A stretch of 64,000 nt of DNA. Source: a plasmid. Location of the stretch: the sequence record NZ_CP021276.1; one strand, given 5' to 3'. The position numbers and the translations under genes are program-made. Below the pieces are notes generated by a model. It saw nothing but the letters and a program-made list of their open reading frames with translations. It did not search any database and was not told the DNA's origin. This document shows positions 61,769 through 64,000 of this stretch, in pieces (positions within the stretch are counted from its first letter, which is position 1; every line of letters begins with the position of its first letter).

Positions 61769-63445
61769 CTAATCTTTTACCCTTATCTCATTTAAACGAG
61801 ATTCTTTTGCTATTTTTTGCAAAGCAAAGTGAACTTTTTCTGATATTACTCGGTAACTGTCTTTTGAATTACGTGAAGATATAAATATCGACAATCCTCT
61901 GTAGTATTTATCTATCTGCCCCCTCTTAAGAGATTTGAAAAAAGTATAGTATTCTTCAATGGTTCCTGAAGCCAAGGCATCCTCATGTTCAGATGACCAA
62001 CTATTATTGTATCTCATATGTTCAATTGCCTGGACAAGTGATATTTCAGGCTTAAGCTTATTATTTAACGCCTCAATAGCATCCTTGAATTGCTCATCTT
62101 TTAGCTGATTAAAATAATAACAATTATCACTATTAATAATGATTTTATTCACACTAAGGTAGTGAATATAATCATTCATTATTTCTTCAGCGAGAGCATT
62201 TTGCTGAATTTGCCTAAAAATTGAAATAATATAATCAATGTCATTGATTGACATACATTGTTTGTATTGAAAATATCCCGATTTTAAATCCTCGATAACC
62301 TGCTGTTCATTGTCATTAAAGCCATCAGACAAAGAGTCCCAAATATTGTAAGAAGCCTCTTTTTCCTTATCCTTAATTATTTGGCAGTTAACATTTTTTA
62401 CTTCGGCAACTAGCTCTTGTTCATTAAAAAATCCAGTTTTAACACCCTGAGCCATAATAAAATCAAGGTTTGTCATTCCATAAAAAAGGTATTTATGAAG
62501 AAACTCTTTTTGCTCCTTAATGTTATTAATACCTGAATCGTTTGATGAGAACAATTTCGGCAAGTCTTTTCCTTTTTCAATCAAAAAATCCAAGGTGGGT
62601 ATATGCTCACCGACAATGTACTGACAATAAGAAAATAAACAGAGAGATTTAATAAGCTTATCCCATGTCTCATCCTCAAGGTCGAGAACTATCGCTTGAA
62701 GATTTTCAGATAAAGTATTAATTGTTTTAATGACACGCATATTTGTCAGATTGAGGCTCTTGAGATAACTTGCAATTAATTCTTTATGGGGATTGGTTTC
62801 AGGAATAATAGAGTTGCAACATTCCATTGAGGATACGTTCAACTGTACACGCTTATCTATCACTTTTTCATTAAGCTCGCTGAATTTATCATCATTCATT
62901 TTGTCAGAATTATAAATAACGATTATTTTGCAGTTTCTTTTTTCTTTTAAAAAATTGATATATCCCAAAATCTCATTAACAGTTAAAGATTCTCCTTTTC
63001 TTTCAATGTCATCAATACATATTACCGCATCTTTAATAGCCATGCTCATTGCATGATCTATAAGAGGACTAAACGATTTTATCCAAGGTAAACATTTTGC
63101 AATCGTTGGGGCTTTTTTGTTCCAATATCCTTTTTTCCTCATCTCTATCGTAGAGGATAAATTACTGATAAAGGTTTTTATAGAAGGTTCGTTTTCGCCA
63201 ATTAAATCAGTACTGATCATATTTTCAAAAACTGATGTTTTCAGGCTTGCGAGTGAATTGATACCAAATAGTGACACATATGAATATGATTTGTAGCAGT
63301 CAGGAATCATTGTACGTTTGTTTTTGATTACGTCATTCCATATGTAGGTTTTTCCTACACCCCAACTACCGTATACGGCAAGAACTTCTGAACTTTTTAA
63401 TTCTAAAAAAGCACCTATATTTTTCTCGATGATATTTCTTGACAT
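61769..63445 (-). CDS. KAP-family P-loop NTPase
   Basis: Has the N-terminal Walker A LAVYGSWGVGKTY (the KAP GxWGxGKT signature), a large helical C-terminal region and no obvious TM insertion. It starts 24 nt downstream of hicB. Confidence 0.65.
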   Translation of the reverse strand: MSRNIIEKNIGAFLELKSSEVLAVYGSWGVGKTYIWNDVIKNKRTMIPDCYKSYSYVSLFGINSLASLKTSVFENMISTDLIGENEPSIKTFISNLSSTIEMRKKGYWNKKAPTIAKCLPWIKSFSPLIDHAMSMAIKDAVICIDDIERKGESLTVNEILGYINFLKEKRNCKIIVIYNSDKMNDDKFSELNEKVIDKRVQLNVSSMECCNSIIPETNPHKELIASYLKSLNLTNMRVIKTINTLSENLQAIVLDLEDETWDKLIKSLCLFSYCQYIVGEHIPTLDFLIEKGKDLPKLFSSNDSGINNIKEQKEFLHKYLFYGMTNLDFIMAQGVKTGFFNEQELVAEVKNVNCQIIKDKEKEASYNIWDSLSDGFNDNEQQVIEDLKSGYFQYKQCMSINDIDYIISIFRQIQQNALAEEIMNDYIHYLSVNKIIINSDNCYYFNQLKDEQFKDAIEALNNKLKPEISLVQAIEHMRYNNSWSSEHEDALASGTIEEYYTFFKSLKRGQIDKYYRGLSIFISSRNSKDSYRVISEKVHFALQKIAKESRLNEIRVKD

Positions 63446-63469
63446 GGTTTTTTATCTAACCCATAAGTA

Positions 63470-63874
63470 TTATTTATGACTTTCTATATAACTAAGTGCT
63501 GCATCTGCTAAAAATGAAGAGCGATTTTTTACTGCATGATTTTTAGAATATAAATCAATAAGATTTAATACGCGCTCTGGAATAGTGATATTGATGCGTT
63601 TTGATTTACCTGATATTTGACTTAAATCAATATCAATAAATGCCCACACTCCACCCTGAAACTCTTCCTCATTTATCCAATGATCAATTGTAGAACCTAC
63701 TGGTATGGACTCATTGTCCATTAACAACCCTTCTAAATGACATTCAATTGCCTCAATGACGTTAGTTAACGCCTCATCATAAGTAGCTCCAGCAGAATAA
63801 CATCCAGGAATATCTGGGACACTTACGCCATAATCACTGTGCTCGTCTTTATGTATTACTACAGGATATCTCAT
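63470..63874 (-). CDS. hicB: HicB antitoxin (RNase-H-like fold N-terminal domain plus C-terminal RHH DNA-binding domain)
   Basis: The N-terminus MRYPVVIHKDEHSDYGVSVPDIPGCYSAGATYDEALTNVIEAIECHLE is the HicB/UPF0150 signature. The C-terminal ...RINITIPERVLNLID...SSFLADAAL fits an RHH. It overlaps the hicA stop by 4 nt. Confidence 0.75.
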   Translation of the reverse strand: MRYPVVIHKDEHSDYGVSVPDIPGCYSAGATYDEALTNVIEAIECHLEGLLMDNESIPVGSTIDHWINEEEFQGGVWAFIDIDLSQISGKSKRINITIPERVLNLIDLYSKNHAVKNRSSFLADAALSYIESHK

Positions 63875-64000
63875 TTTATATCCTCCTTATTAATTCCAGC
63901 CTGTTTAAAAATACTAGCTACCGTTTTAACGGGTAAATCTTTTTTAGGATGAGGCACAGTCACCCTACCCTTTTTTGTTGGATGCTTAAATTGGCAATGA
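63871..64000 (-). CDS. hicA: HicA toxin, C-terminal part (the gene continues beyond the window end)
   Basis: The minus-strand translation ...HCQFKHPTKKGRVTVPHPKKDLPVKTVASIFKQAGINKEDIK matches the HicA consensus. Confidence 0.6.
   Translation of the reverse strand, partial: HCQFKHPTKKGRVTVPHPKKDLPVKTVASIFKQAGINKEDIK

Overview
The window reads as a contiguous piece of a low-GC, Legionella-like conjugative plasmid or ICE. Attribution to Legionella is an inference from the lvrR/lvrA/lvrB/csrA-paralog module, the F-type tra genes and the AT-rich codon usage; it was not checked against any database. From left to right:

(1) A Tn3-family element: YhcG-like nuclease fragment, TnpA, and a tyrosine recombinase. 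Its right side abuts a 5'-truncated RND pump gene.

(2) A minus-strand metal-resistance block: arsR/smtB regulator, zinc-ribbon protein, P1B-type ATPase and a receiver-domain gene, then czcCBA. Nearby are small metal-binding-looking lipoproteins, a PepSY protein and a substrate-binding protein.

(3) A replicon: a RepA-like gene with a downstream AT-rich ori candidate carrying inverted perfect DnaA boxes and a ~155-bp imperfect palindrome. A candidate antisense RNA with a strong rho-independent terminator sits in the repA leader.

(4) A partition cassette that I consider the most unusual object here. A field of GGTTCAC direct repeats at 11-bp spacing is followed by a type-Ia ParA (KGGVYKTT Walker A) and a 426-aa non-ParB protein. 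That protein's coding sequence consists of nine near-identical 102-bp (34-aa) tandem repeats, each carrying the same GGTTCAC / GTTCATGAAC motif cluster.

(5) A low-GC cargo islet: SAM methyltransferase and a YhhQ/VUT-like transporter.

(6) An lvrR–lvrA–lvrB–CsrA regulatory module with an 18-bp perfect palindromic operator.

(7) A complete F-type T4SS: traT, traA, L, E, K, B, V, C, trbI, traW (frameshifted), traU, trbC, traN, traF, trbB, traH, traG, a putative exclusion protein, traD, and a 1945-aa traI with a C-terminal Toprim/primase-like extension.

(8) An accessory/stability region: a DUF932-like operon, a Gp49/HigB-like toxin plus HTH antitoxin, and hicA–hicB followed 24 bp later in the same orientation by a KAP-family P-loop NTPase.

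No rRNA, tRNA or CRISPR was seen.
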